A DNA stretch of 64,000 bases. Origin: the human T2T-CHM13v2.0 reference genome, Homo sapiens. This document shows, in pieces, positions 25,561-41,258 of the stretch (position 1 is its first letter; each line of letters starts with the position of its first letter). Under the pieces are notes generated by a model that was not told the origin of the DNA, did not search any database, and saw only the letters and a list, made by a program, of their open reading frames with translations. The stretch lies in NCBI RefSeq assembly GCF_009914755.1, contig NC_060935.1. One strand, 5' to 3'. The translations under genes were made by a program, and so were the position numbers.

Positions 25561-28215
25561 TTCCATTTACTTGGTAAATATTTCTCTATCCCTTTATTTT
25601 GAGCCTATGTGTGTATTTGCATGTGAGATGGGTCTTCTGAATACAGCGCACCAATGGGCCTTGACTCTTTATCTAATTTGCCAGTCTGTGTCTTTTAATT
25701 GGGGCATTTAGCTCATTTACATTTAAGGTTAATATTGTTTTGTGTGAATTTGATCCTGTCATTATGATGCTAGCTGGTTATTTTGCCCGTTAGTTGATGC
25801 AGTTTCTTCATAGTGTAGGTGGTCTTTACAATTTGGTATGCTTTTGCAGTGGCTAGTACCGGTTTTTCCTTTCCATATTTAGTACTTCCTTCTGGAGCTC
25901 TTGTAAGGCAGGCCTGATGGTGACAAAATCCCTCAGCATTTGCTTGTCTGTAAAGGATTTTATTTCTCCTTCACTTATGAAGCTTAGTTTGGCTGGATAT
26001 GAAATTCTGGGTTGAAAATTCTTTTCTTTAAGAATGTTGAATATTGGCCCCCATTCTCTTCTGGCTTGTAGGGTTTCTGCAGAGAGATCCACTGTTAGTG
26101 TAATGAGCTTCCCTTTGTGGGTAACCCGACCTTTCTCTCTGGCTGCTCTTAACATTTTTTCCTCCATTTCATCTTGGTGAATCTGATGATTATGTGTCTT
26201 GGGGTTGCTCTTCTCAGGGAGTATCTTTGTAGTGTTCTCTGTATTTCCCGAATTTGAATGTTGGCCTGTCTTACTAGGTTGAGGAAGTTCTCTTGGATAA
26301 TATCATGAAGTGTGTTTTCCAACTTGATTCCATTCCCCCGTCACTTTCAGGTACACCAATCAAACGTAGGTTTGGTCTTTTCACATAGTCCCATATTTCT
26401 TGGAGGCTTTGTTCATTCCTTTTTATTATTTCTTCTCTAATCTTATCTTCATGTTTTATTTCATTAAGTTGATCTTCAATCTCTGATATCCTTTCTTCCA
26501 CTTGATTGATTTAGCTATTGATACTTGTGTATGCTTCACGAAGTTCTTGTGTTGTGTTTTTCAACTCTATCAGGTCATTTATGTTCTTCTCTAAACTGGT
26601 TATTCTAGTTAGCAGTTTCTGTAACCTTTTATCAAGGTTCTTAGCTTCCTTGCATTGGGTTGGAACATGTTCTTTTAGCTTGGTGGAGTCTGTTATTACC
26701 CACCATCTGAAGACTACTTCTGTCAATTCATGAAACTCGTTCTCCGTCCAGTTTTGTTCCCTTGCTGGCGAGGAGTTGTGATCCTTTGGAGGAGAAGAGG
26801 CATTCTGGTTTTTGGAATTTTCAGCCTTTTTGTGCTGTTTTTTCCTCATCTTCGTGGATTTATCTACCTTTGGTCTTTGACGTTGGTGACCTTTGGATGG
26901 GTTTTTTATGTGGGTGTCCTTTTTGTTGATGTTGATGCTATTGCTTTCTGTTTGTTAGTTTTTATTCTGACATTGAGGGCTCTCTTCTGCAGGTCTGCTG
27001 GAGTTTGCTGGAGGTCCACTCCAGACCCTGTTTGCCTAGCTATCACCAGCAGAGGCTGCAGAACAGCAAAGATTGCTGTCTGCTCCTTCCTCTGGAAGCT
27101 TCGTCACAGAGGGGCACCTGCCAGATGCCAGCAGGAGCTCTCCTGTATGAGGTGTCTGTTGACCCCTGCTAGGAGATGTTTCCCAGTCAGGAGGCATGAG
27201 GGTCAGGGACCCACTTGAGGAGGCAGTTTGTCCCTTAGCGGAGCTCAAGCACTGTGCCGGGAGATCTGCTGCTCTCTTCAGAGCTGACAGGCAGGAATGT
27301 TTAAGTTTGCTGAAGCTGTGCCCACAGCTGCTCCTTCCCCCAGGGGCTCTGTCCCAGGGAGATGAGAGTTTTAATCTATAAGCCCCTGACTGGGGCTTCT
27401 GCCTTTCTTTCAGAGATGCCCTGCCCAGAGAGGAGGAATCTAGAGAGGCAATCTGGCTGCAGTGGCTTCACCACACTGGTTTCACACCCAGTTCACTTCC
27501 TGGTGGCTTTGTTTACACTATGAGGGGAAAACAGCCTACTGGAGCCTCACTAATGGTGGATGCCCCTCCCTGCACCAAGCTTGGGCGTCCCAGGTCGACT
27601 TTGGACTACTGTGCTGGCAGTGAGAATTTCAAACCAGTGGGTCTTAGCTTGTTGGGCTCCGTGAGGGTGGGATCCGCTGAGAAGACCACTCGGCTCTCTG
27701 GGTCAGCCCCCTTTTCAGGGGAGTGCATGGTTCTGTCCCGCTGGTGTTCCAGGCACCACTGGGGTACAAAAAAAAAAAAAAAAAAAAAAAAACTCCTGCA
27801 GCTAGCTTTGTGTCTGCTCAAATGGCCACCTAGTTTTGTGCTTGAAACCTAGGGCCCTGGTGGTGTAGGCACCTGAGGAATTTCCTGGTCTGCGGTTTAC
27901 AAAGACCATGGAAAAGTGTAGTGTCTGCTCTGGAGTGCACTGTTCCTCATGGTACAGTCCCTGACGGCACAGTCCCTTATGGCTTCCCTTGGCTAGGGGA
28001 AGGAGTTTTCCAACCGCTTGTACTTCCCAGGTGAGGTGACGCCCCACCCTGCTCCTGCTTACCCTCCGTGGGCTGCATCCATTGTCTAACCAGTCCCAAT
28101 GAGATGAACCACGTACCTCAGTTGCAAATGCAGAAATCACCCAGCTTCTGCATTGGTCTCACTAGGAGCTGCAGACCAGAGCTGTTCTTACTCGGCCATC
28201 TTGCCTCTCAGTCTC
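21597..28215 (-). mobile_element. Full-length (~6.6 kb) inactivated L1PA element (older primate subfamily, roughly L1PA7/8-like)
   Basis: 5'UTR CAAGATGGCCGAGTAAGAACAGCTC at ~28204, ORF1 fragments (26849-25853), ORF2 endonuclease/RT/Cys fragments (25566-22029) broken by frameshifts; TSD AGGCCTTCTTT at 21586-21596 and 28216-28226. Confidence 0.95.
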
Positions 28216-29883
28216 AGGCCTTCTTTATTTTTTGACTTATTTTACTTACTTACTCATTTTCTCTAAGGAAATCTGGATTATAACATGTTCCTTTCATTAG
28301 AGACTTTAGATTATGAGGAATAATCAACACCTTCAAATACATTTACTTTTTATCCAAAGACCTTAAAACTTCACCCTCAGGAAGCCCATGGCTTGGGTTC
28401 CAGGACACAGTTTAATACAGATGGCAGGTAATCAGCTGATTTTTCCCCCTCCTCAAGTACTGGCTTCACTTTGACATGGTATTTTACGCTACCCTCCTGG
28501 GACCCCCACCACCAATTCCGCATATCCTCTGAGGGTCTGTGGCTTGCCAACCCACTTTTAACTTATGTCTAAGCCTAAAATCCTTTTGTTGGGAGATCAT
28601 TTACAGGGGATTTATAGTAAGGAACTTGAGGATTCTCATGGGATCTAATCTCAGGACAGCCTTCTTGAGAAATGGAAAGATTACAAGCTCTGTCTCTGTC
28701 TCTCATTCTCTCCCCCATCCCTCTGCCTTCTCTGTGTTTCTCTCTTTTTCTTACATAGACTTAACCTGAATGTTTGCTATTTTTTCTTTCTGTAGGCTCC
28801 TTCAAACTGATGCTCCCCCTCCGTAACATCAGCCTGTGTGTGACTAGGACTTGCTATGGTTCTAATTCTGGTTCCAATCCTAGTTCATCTTATGAATTTG
28901 ATCATGGACATGTGTTCTGGGTCTATCATTTCTAATTCTGGGAAAGAGCACATGACAGGCTCTGCTTTATTCTTGTGTTCATCTCTAATCCAATCAACTA
29001 GAGCCATACTGGTGAGGTTGCTGGTACAAACATTATTGTCTAGGTCTGCCATATCCATGGGGACTTTGGAGGACATGTCAGAGAAGGAAAAACAAATAGG
29101 CATGCATAACAAACATATCATTCACAATATTCTAGGCAGTGGGTACAGCGACCTTGAGGGCTGGAGAAAGAAGAGAGCTTGGTACATATAGGGAACTTCA
29201 AGTGGTTCAGAATGGCTGGAGTGTAGCATTTGGGGTAGGAGATAATAAGAGATGAGATGGATCAGTAACCAGGGCTGGAATTATGAAGGGCTTTGATACC
29301 CTGCTAAGGAGTCGAAGTAGATAAGAAGTCAGGTTTTCTCTCCTTTCTTGGCTTTTACATCCTATACCATCTATTTGGAAGAGATACCACCCCTCCTTTC
29401 CTTGACTTACTAAGCATTTGCCCTTTGGGTCTCAGCTTAAATGTACCTTTTCGAAAATCCTTCCCTGATCTCTGAAGCCTGGTTAGTTGCTATGTGTTTC
29501 CCCAGCTCTGTGTGCCTGCACTAAATAGTACTCATATCCTGTAACCTGCTTGCCTGTTCACTTTTCTCTCTCTCCTGCTAGAGTATAAGCAGGAATCCTG
29601 TCTGAATATATCTTTTATCCATAGCGCAGTGCCTGGCAATCACAGACATTCTGTAAATGTCCTGTTTAAGGAATGAATACATCAATGAATGAATGAGATG
29701 GACACAAATCAAGCAACCTCAAGTATCCCTTTCCTTGCTTGAGGTTAAGCCTGGCCTTGCTTCTTAGTTAGACTGACTGAAGCCCTCTCAGCCTCTAATC
29801 CTTGAGGAATGAAGACCCTCCTGCAGATTCTCTGGTCCCAACCTGGGGACTCTGAATATTCTCCCCAGACACCACTCTCTTCC

Positions 29884-30056
29884 CTGCTCCTTCCTCTGGA
29901 AGCTTCATCCCAGAGGGGTGAGAAGGGTTTTAAAAAGGGGTTTCCCTGCACAGGCTCTCTTTGTCTGCTCCCATCCATGTAAGACATGACTGCTCCTCCT
30001 TGCCTTCTGCCATGATTGTGCCAGATGCCAGCCGGAGCTCTCCTGTATGAGGTGTC
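29884..30056 (+). repeat. Mosaic of L1 5'UTR and THE1 LTR fragments
   Basis: 29884-29918 and 30019-30056 match L1 27080-27156; 29926-30020 matches THE1 31777-31873. Confidence 0.8.
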
Positions 30057-30549
30057 CTTTACACCTGCCCACTTCCTACATGATCAATCTAGATTAGTTT
30101 CCTAATGTCATTCTGTATTTTGCCATCTTAATCCTTTCTCTTTTCCAATCACTTCTCCCTCATTTCCTTCCTTGAGAAAGGAAATAAACTTAAATAGTCC
30201 TCCACTCATCGGCTGCGCATCCTAGGAGCATCTATGAAGAGTTCACACTTTTCTGTCCCAAACTGTCCATCTTACCAGCACATCACGTGTATATAAACAT
30301 TGAATATATGTATATAAATGTATATATCTATATATAAATATTATAATTCCTACTGTTGACTCTCACAAATATCAACAAGCAGCAACCTATAATTATAGAT
30401 TATACACATACAATCTATATATAGGTTATATAGATTATATATAATATATGCTATCCTGCTTTATTCCATTAATGATTGTGGTGTTGCATTCTATTACAAA
30501 GGAAGAGTGGCAAAATATGAACTTATATTGTAGATGTTTTCTAATTCAA

Positions 30550-32060
30550 TATTGAAATGCCTCAAGACTCAGTCCTTGGATCTCTTCACTTCTTTTTTCT
30601 TACTACATTGTTAAACTCATCCATTCTCAAGCCTTAAAATCATCTATGTGCTGATAACTCCCAAATTTATGTCTCCAATCCAGGCCTTTTCCCTAAACTG
30701 CATACTCCTAAATCCAACATCTCTACTTGGATGTCAAATAGACCTCTCAAACACACAATGTGTCCAAAATGGAACCTCTAATCTTGCCCCAACTCCCTGC
30801 TCCACCCACAGCCTTCCACGTTTCAGGTGATGGCAACTTGGCAGCTTCATCCTTTCAGTTGCTCAGTCCAAAAGACTTGAAGTCATCCTAAACTCCTCTC
30901 TCTTTCTCACACTTCCCAGCCAGTCTGTCATTAAATCCTGCTGGTTCCACCCTCTAATATATCCTTCTCTCCATTTCCACTGTTCCCGTCCTGATTGGAG
31001 TCACCATCCTCTCTTGGCCGGAATACTGCAGTAGCTTCCTCATAGGTCTCTGTGAATCTACCCTTTCTCCCATACAATCTAACCTAGCAGAGCACCAGAG
31101 GCTCTTCTGCTCCACACCTTCCAATGCCCACCCCCATTTCACTCACAGTGAAAGCCCGTGTTTATATTGGCCCAATACCCCCACTCACTTTGCCTTCCAC
31201 CTCAACCCTTATCCCTGGGACTTTATCTTCTAGCACTTCCACTCCCCTCCCACCTTTTGATTGTTGTAAGTAGTCCTCTTGCTGTCCTTTGACTATCATG
31301 ATCACACTCCATCTTAGGATCCTCCACTCTAGCTGTTATTCAGGCTGGAGTGCTTTTTTCCTAGATTCACTTGGCAAGCTCTCTCGCCTTCTCCCAGTCT
31401 TTGTTCAGATATCATCTTCTCCACGAGGCTTACTTTGAGCACCCTACTGCAACTGTCACCACCCCAAGCCCTCTTTGCTTGCAATCCCAACCTCACTCTA
31501 CTTTTTCTATTTTCCATTGTACTTATCTCCTTCTAATATATGACATAAGTTATTTATTTGCTATTATCTGTCTCTCTTGTTTGAATGCAAGTTCTAAGAA
31601 GACAAAGATCTTTGTTTTTTTCACTGATTGATATGGTTTGGCTGTGTTCCCCTGACAAATCTCATCTTGAATTCCCACATGTTATGGGAGGGACCCAGTG
31701 GGAGGTAATTGAATCATGGGGGCAGGTCTTTCTTGTGCTGTTCTCATGCTAGTGAATAAGTCTCACAAGATCTGATGGTTTTAAAAAGGGGAGTTTCCCT
31801 GCACAAGCTCTCTTTGCCTGCTGCCATCCATATAAGACATGACTGCTCCTCCTAAGCTTCTGCCATGATTGTGAGTTCTCCTCAGCCATGTGCAACTGTA
31901 AGTCCATTAAACCTCTTTCTTTTGTAAATTGCCCAGTCTTGGGTATGTCTTTATCAGCAGCATGAATATGAACTAATACACTGATTTATCAAAGCTCTTA
32001 GAAGTGCTTGGCATATAATGAGTGCTTAGTGAATATTGTCGAAAGAATGAATGAATGAAA
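30550..32060 (+). mobile_element. L2 (3' portion) interrupted by a THE1 LTR
   Basis: CATCTATGTGCTGATAACTCCCAAATTTAT, GCTCAGTCCAAAAGACTTGAAGTCATCC and terminal GAATGAATGAATGAA typical of L2. Confidence 0.75.
31629..31980 (+). mobile_element. THE1 solo LTR (THE1B-like)
   Basis: TGATATGGTTTGGCTGTG...AACTAATACA; 5-bp TSD CTGAT at 31624-31628 and 31981-31985. Confidence 0.92.
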
Positions 32061-32979
32061 AAGCAAATTAATATCTCCTACCCTGTCTGCTCTTTATGTA
32101 TCTCCATATCAGTGGTATAATTCTCAATTGTGAGCTCCCGAAAGGTAGAAAGCATTTTTGTCCTTTCTTAGCAGAGCAGGATTTTGACCTAAATTTCTGC
32201 AAACTATAGTCTTATGGTTATGACTCTTTTTGTAAGTTGATCACTCATTCACAAGGATGTAATTTGCATCTGATTAATCACAAGACTGATGTGGTCTCAG
32301 AACATTGAGAAAAAGACTACTTCATCTACCTGACAGTCAAAGGGTAACACATTAGGACTTGAGAGATAATAAATTCAAAGGAAGTTCACACACAGAAAAA
32401 TTTAAGATTAAATTGTCATTTTCAGATAAATTTGTTAGGGATATTGGTTCAGTATTCTGCAGCAGATGCATAAAATATTTCCATGCCTTTAAGAATCCAT
32501 TTGTAGTCTCAGATACCACATGTGTTCCAGGAGTGTAGATGTCCTGCACAGTACTCTTTTATGAGTCACTCAAGCTTCTCCTGTGGCATCAGATTTTGCA
32601 GTGATTTTGTAATGGACATTTCCTAATTGAGAAATTATCAGCTATTTTTGAATTATGAAATGGCTACATTACTTAGAAATAGGCCCTTGGGTGCACATGA
32701 GATATTTCATTACCAGGCGTAAGATTTATTTTATTAATAGAAAAATAATATAAAATGTCACTTAAAGGATCTTATCAAAATTATGAACCTTCCACTTCTG
32801 AATGTCTGTATTATACATCCATTCCTAGGTCACCTAAACTTACCCCTTTGACTCAACCTGCTACAAAGAGCCAACCACTTCCTCTACTCCAGCTGTTTCT
32901 TTATTCCAACTCTTGCCCTATTATGTCACTCAGTCTGTTCTTTGCTCTATCTCTTTTGCTCTTAATCACATTTATAGGC

Positions 32980-35572
<2,593 letters not shown>

Positions 35573-35599
35573 TAGGTTAATTCATGTTAACTTAAAGAA

Positions 35600-35790
35600 T
35601 AGAGAGGCAGCAAAGTGGATGTAACATAAGCTTGGTGTCAGACTAGATGCATTAGATATCTGGCTCTGCCATTTACTATCTGTATGACCTTGAGGATGTT
35701 GTGCAATCTCTCTATACATCCCTATATTTGTAAAAAAGTTTAATAATATCTTCTTCATAGGTGAGAATTAAATGAGATAGTATATACAAA
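35600..35790 (+). mobile_element. MIR
   Basis: TGGCTCTGCCATTTACTATCTGTATGACCTTG...GAGAATTAAATGAGAT. Confidence 0.6.
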
Positions 35791-36409
35791 GTATTTGTTT
35801 CCCTTCTGTGTTAAGATAGCAATAATAATATACGTTAGCCTTTCAATTGGATTTGCTAATGTCTAAGGGGGCCTTTTTTGCATGCCTATTAATACTTAGA
35901 GTTTTACTTTTATTATAATAATACTCCATCTATTAAAGAGTTAAATCCTAAGTTTTCTTAATATTTTAAGTTCAGCTTTCTAATCTTGTTTATTAATCTA
36001 GTATATTTATATAAAAATAAGTACAATCATTTTCACTAGCTTTGATTAATATTTATTGATTTGTACAGTAAAAATAATAAATTAACCTTAATCATTTAAT
36101 GCTATTTGAATTCATAAGTAATATTTTCATCAACACTTCAAATCATAATTACAATTTCAATGTAGGTAATTTTTTCAGATAATGCAAGTCTATTATGCAG
36201 ACTTAAAACCCAACAAGCCAGATATTTCTAAACACTTAAGTAATGCTTAGTAATCTAATAAATCAATCAATTGACTCACTTAACTCAAATTCTCATACAC
36301 TTTGCAAACAACTTAAAAACAGAAAATATTCAAAATAGCAGTGACTGCAAAACATAACACAGCATAATAACATTCCTTAAACAAAAGTCTCACTTGTATT
36401 CATTCTCTA

Positions 36410-36970
36410 TTAAATATATATTATACATAACATACATTATATATGATCTACATTGTATAAATATGTAATACACATAAATGTTATATAGTATATATACATT
36501 ATATACAATATACATTGTGTATAATAAACATGTACATTATGCATAATATACATTATGTACTTTATGCATAATATACATTTATACAAGTATATATACATTT
36601 ATACACGTATATATGTATATATACATTTTTATACACATATATATGTATATATACATTTTATACACATATATATGTATATATACACGTTTTTATACACGTA
36701 TATATGTATATACACGTTTTTATACACGTATATATGTATATACACGTATATATGTATATACACGTTTTTATACACGTATATATACATGTATATATAATAT
36801 ACATACATAATATAATGTATATTATGCATAATGTAATAGAGTTTCATATATTATATTAGATTACATTGTAGAATATAATATATTATGTATAATATACATT
36901 ACATACATTATGTATAATATACATTACATACATTATGTATAATATACATTATATATAATGTACATACATA
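36410..36970. repeat. AT-rich (TA)n-derived minisatellite with TATACACGTATATATG units
   Basis: Repeated TTTTTATACACGTATATATGTATATACACG and ACATTACATACATTATGTATAATAT blocks. Confidence 0.9.
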
Positions 36971-37475
36971 TATTCCTTCCAGAAGTAGCTAATTTGCTCC
37001 CAACCAAAGAAAAGATAATTACTATTTTAGGTCCGCTACAGCCACTAAAGTTTTACACACAGATTATTATCAGTGATTATAAACCAAGGCAAAGGGTGTT
37101 TGTGCTGCTTCCAGAATGATTCTACCCAAATCCCAGGTGGTTAGCAAGCTGGACTTTTTCTCATAATTAAACCCTGCCAACTTCTTCAATTTTACAGAAA
37201 ATTGCTTTCACAAGTTATTCCTGCCAGATCTGAGTAGCTTCAATGCACTCTTCCCACAGTGCTCCTTCACAATAGGATCACGGCTAATCTCCATATTGCT
37301 TGATTTGTGATAATAGGCTTCTTAAATGCTTCTGTCATTATAACCCATCTGCTCACTAACTGGTGAGATTCTGTACTTTATCGTTTATGAACGTTCTCAT
37401 TTGTGTCAAACCCATATTTCTGTTGGTTTATTGCTGAGTCCAAACCAGATTCCCAGCTTCTGCTTTCCTCCCCTG

Positions 37476-37530
37476 CCCCCCAGTCTAGTGTCCCTCCCCC
37501 AGTCTAGTGTCCCTCCCCCAGTCTAGTGTC
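37476..37530. repeat. 19-bp tandem repeat, ~3 copies (CCCCCAGTCTAGTGTCCCT)
   Basis: Units read directly in the sequence. Confidence 0.9.
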
Positions 37531-38299
37531 ACTGCATGATTTCCTGTAAATGCAAACGTACTCCAATAAGCCTGCCTGAAGCAAGAGGAATTGAGCCAGC
37601 TATCAAACATCATTCTGGGATTCAGCATCAGTCACCATTAGAGCTGGTCTTGTCCCGACATGGGCTACATGTCTGGTCCCTGGGGCTTAGCCTCTGGTCG
37701 GTGTCAAATTCAGGTGAAAGCCTTGTCAGCACAAAAATACATACCTGGAACAAACAAACATTTCTGGAACAAGATTGCTTGGGGAAATTTACAGACGAGT
37801 AGCTGGTGTGAGGTTCTCCATTGTTCATTACAATTTAGGACAGCACAAAGAAATTTAGCAGGGCTAGATATCAGACTCAAAAGAACCCCGGCCCTTGGGC
37901 TGTGGGGATTTTAAACTGCAGAATTGAGGAAGAACCAGCCCCAATGTGGTCATGCCATATGACACTGCAGAACCCCTAGTTCGGAATGGAGTCAAAACTG
38001 AAAAGATAAGGCAACCAGGCTGATTTATTGTCTGGGTCCCTAGACAAAATAAGAACATTATCTTTGAATCTAGAAGGATATGAAATTGGATCCTGGCTAT
38101 GTACTTGCTATGTGATTATGGCAATGCTACTGAATTACTCTAAACTTATATTTCTGCATTATTGAAATCAACTACCAGCCTAACAGTTAAGACATGCATA
38201 AGAACTATGAATCAGGTCTGATAGCACAGAGAAAGTATTTTCCACTTCCTTCTCAGCACAACATTTCCTAAGAATTATTTGCATCTGTTATTTCGACTT

Positions 38300-38760
38300 T
38301 CTCACATTCCAGTTTCTCTTTGTAGTAGATGGACAGAGATTGGTGACTCAATGTCTTTCCTTCACCTCACTGTGTAACAAAAACATGACTGCAGTGAAAT
38401 TGATTGATCCTCCTTGCCATGGTGATTGGTCTAGGATGACCATATGGTAAGGGATGGTCCAAACAGGAGGACACTCAGAACTGTCCTTTCGTGTTTGAAG
38501 GTGGTGATTTAAGAAGGTGCGTTGCCTGGACACTAAACAACATAGCTGTGTTGCTGCCGTGAGGAAAGCCAGCCTCAAGGTAAAACTGACACAAGGACAG
38601 AACCAAGATAACCGCAAAGTGATGGAGCCAGAACTCTGATCGCACCGAAACTAAAACCTGTCTTAGTGCTGTACTTTTATGTAATATGAACCAGAAAATT
38701 CCTTATTTTTAAATCAGTTGAGATTTTCTGCTACCTATAGCCAAAAACACCCTAACTTGC
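38300..38760. mobile_element. Old MaLR (MLT1-like) LTR fragment
   Basis: CCTTGCCATGGTGATTGGTCTAGGATG and TTTTAAATCAGTTGAG...TGCTACCTATAGCCAAAAAC...CTAACT motifs resemble MLT1. Confidence 0.45.
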
Positions 38761-40360
38761 CAACTTTTCTACCAGCTTCAATCAGAATTCAGCTCCATCA
38801 CTTCACCAACGCTGCTGTTGTAAAGAGCATCAGTGGCCCTCATGTTGGAGAATCCAACAAATAGTTTTCCTGCTCCTGTATCTCTGCTCAGCCTTCGAAG
38901 ATTAGATTTTCCATCCAATATGCAAGTGTGCTTAAGGATATTCACTGTAGCGTTGGATATCACAGCAAAATATTAAAAAATAGGCTACTGATACACTGAA
39001 TACTGAAAATAATCTACTGATGCACACAATTTTATTTCATTTATGTTTTATTATTTTTATCTTAAATATATTTTAATTTTAAATATTATATAAATATATT
39101 CAAATGTTATAAAATTATTTTCTTTTAATATTTACACTTATTTCAAACTAATTTTATTTTTTGTTACTTTAACATTTTATTTATTTGGTTTTTGCATTTA
39201 TTTAATGTATAAATGTATTTATTGAATCACCAATAGGGGACTGAATAAGCTGCGTATTTCTTCCTTTGAGCGCAGCTGGTGCAATAAACAGGAGCTCGCA
39301 AAGTCCCGTGGCCGCGGAGGGGCGCCAGACTCCGGGGAAGAGCCAGAGCGAGGTCCGACGAATCGGGCTCTGCTGGCGACCAGCCCCCTTCCTTTCCTCC
39401 CTGGTGGGGCTGGCGGTGGGTGACCACGGCCGCATCTGGGAGGCGACTCTTCGGATTCAAGATGACCAACAAAAAACCCTCTTCCCCAAAGGGTTAGACT
39501 GAGCGAAACTTCAAACGGATGGCAGGAGATGAATGAATTCTAAAATGGAAACAATATGAAACACATGCGCAAGCTTTGGAGGCAAGAACGCTGACCTCAA
39601 CCTCAGTGAAAACTAAAGCAAAAGCAGCAAGAGTCTGCGCGGGGCAAACGTCCTTGCGATGCGACTAGCAGACAAGAGGCAGGAGATGCGAGGCGTCCTA
39701 CCCGAATTTAGTACCTCCAGCAAATCTGTGGCCCAGCGTGGCCCGATCAACAATGGTAGACCGAGCCATCAACCTGTTTTCCTAAAAATGAAAGGTGATC
39801 TGGCCCTGACTGAAGACAAACGGGAACAAGCCCAAAATGAACAGAGTGCCTGGAAGTTTACGCCTGGTAGGTAAACTCTCCAGTCATATTCTCAGTCAAG
39901 GCTTCCCTGACAGTCCCACTACTAGAAAGTCACTGGGGGGACAGCCAAGGACTCGTTTCTACACCAACACTCAGACTTTTTGAGAGGAAAGGAAAAAAGC
40001 CGCATTTTTATACTCCCCAGCTCCTAATGGTTAATGTGAAACTTACCAATGAACCTTGCACTTCAGTTCTTTCCCTCCCCATCCGCTTTGCTTCAGAAGC
40101 CTGGTAGACTTGCACTATCCCAAAGAAGCGGCCACCTCTGAAGAATTCCTCTTTGGGAACATGTGGATACTTGAGAAATGTTTCTGTTTGAAGAAAATAG
40201 AGGGAGAAACAAGGTCCTAAGGCACACAATGTCTTTGGACAGTTCGGAGAAATGAAAACCTGGAGACTTTAAATCATGAATTGAACATAAATTCCAGTAA
40301 AATGGAAAATGGACTATGCATTGCTCTTACCCTTGAGCATAGTGACTTAGAAACTCTAAA

Positions 40361-41258
<898 letters not shown>

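Noticed and set aside
22029-26849. Multiple L1 ORF1/ORF2-like ORFs as an active retrotransposon
   Set aside because: Fragmented by frameshifts and stops across many frames; the element is not retrotransposition-competent
28856-29191. Overlapping 111-aa (+) and 78-aa (-) ORFs as a novel protein gene
   Set aside because: No recognisable domain or homology and lengths expected by chance; only the splice signals were kept as a hypothesis
36555-36847. Tyr/Ile/His-rich ORFs and a CRISPR-like periodic pattern
   Set aside because: Low-complexity TA minisatellite with no unique spacers, in a eukaryotic context
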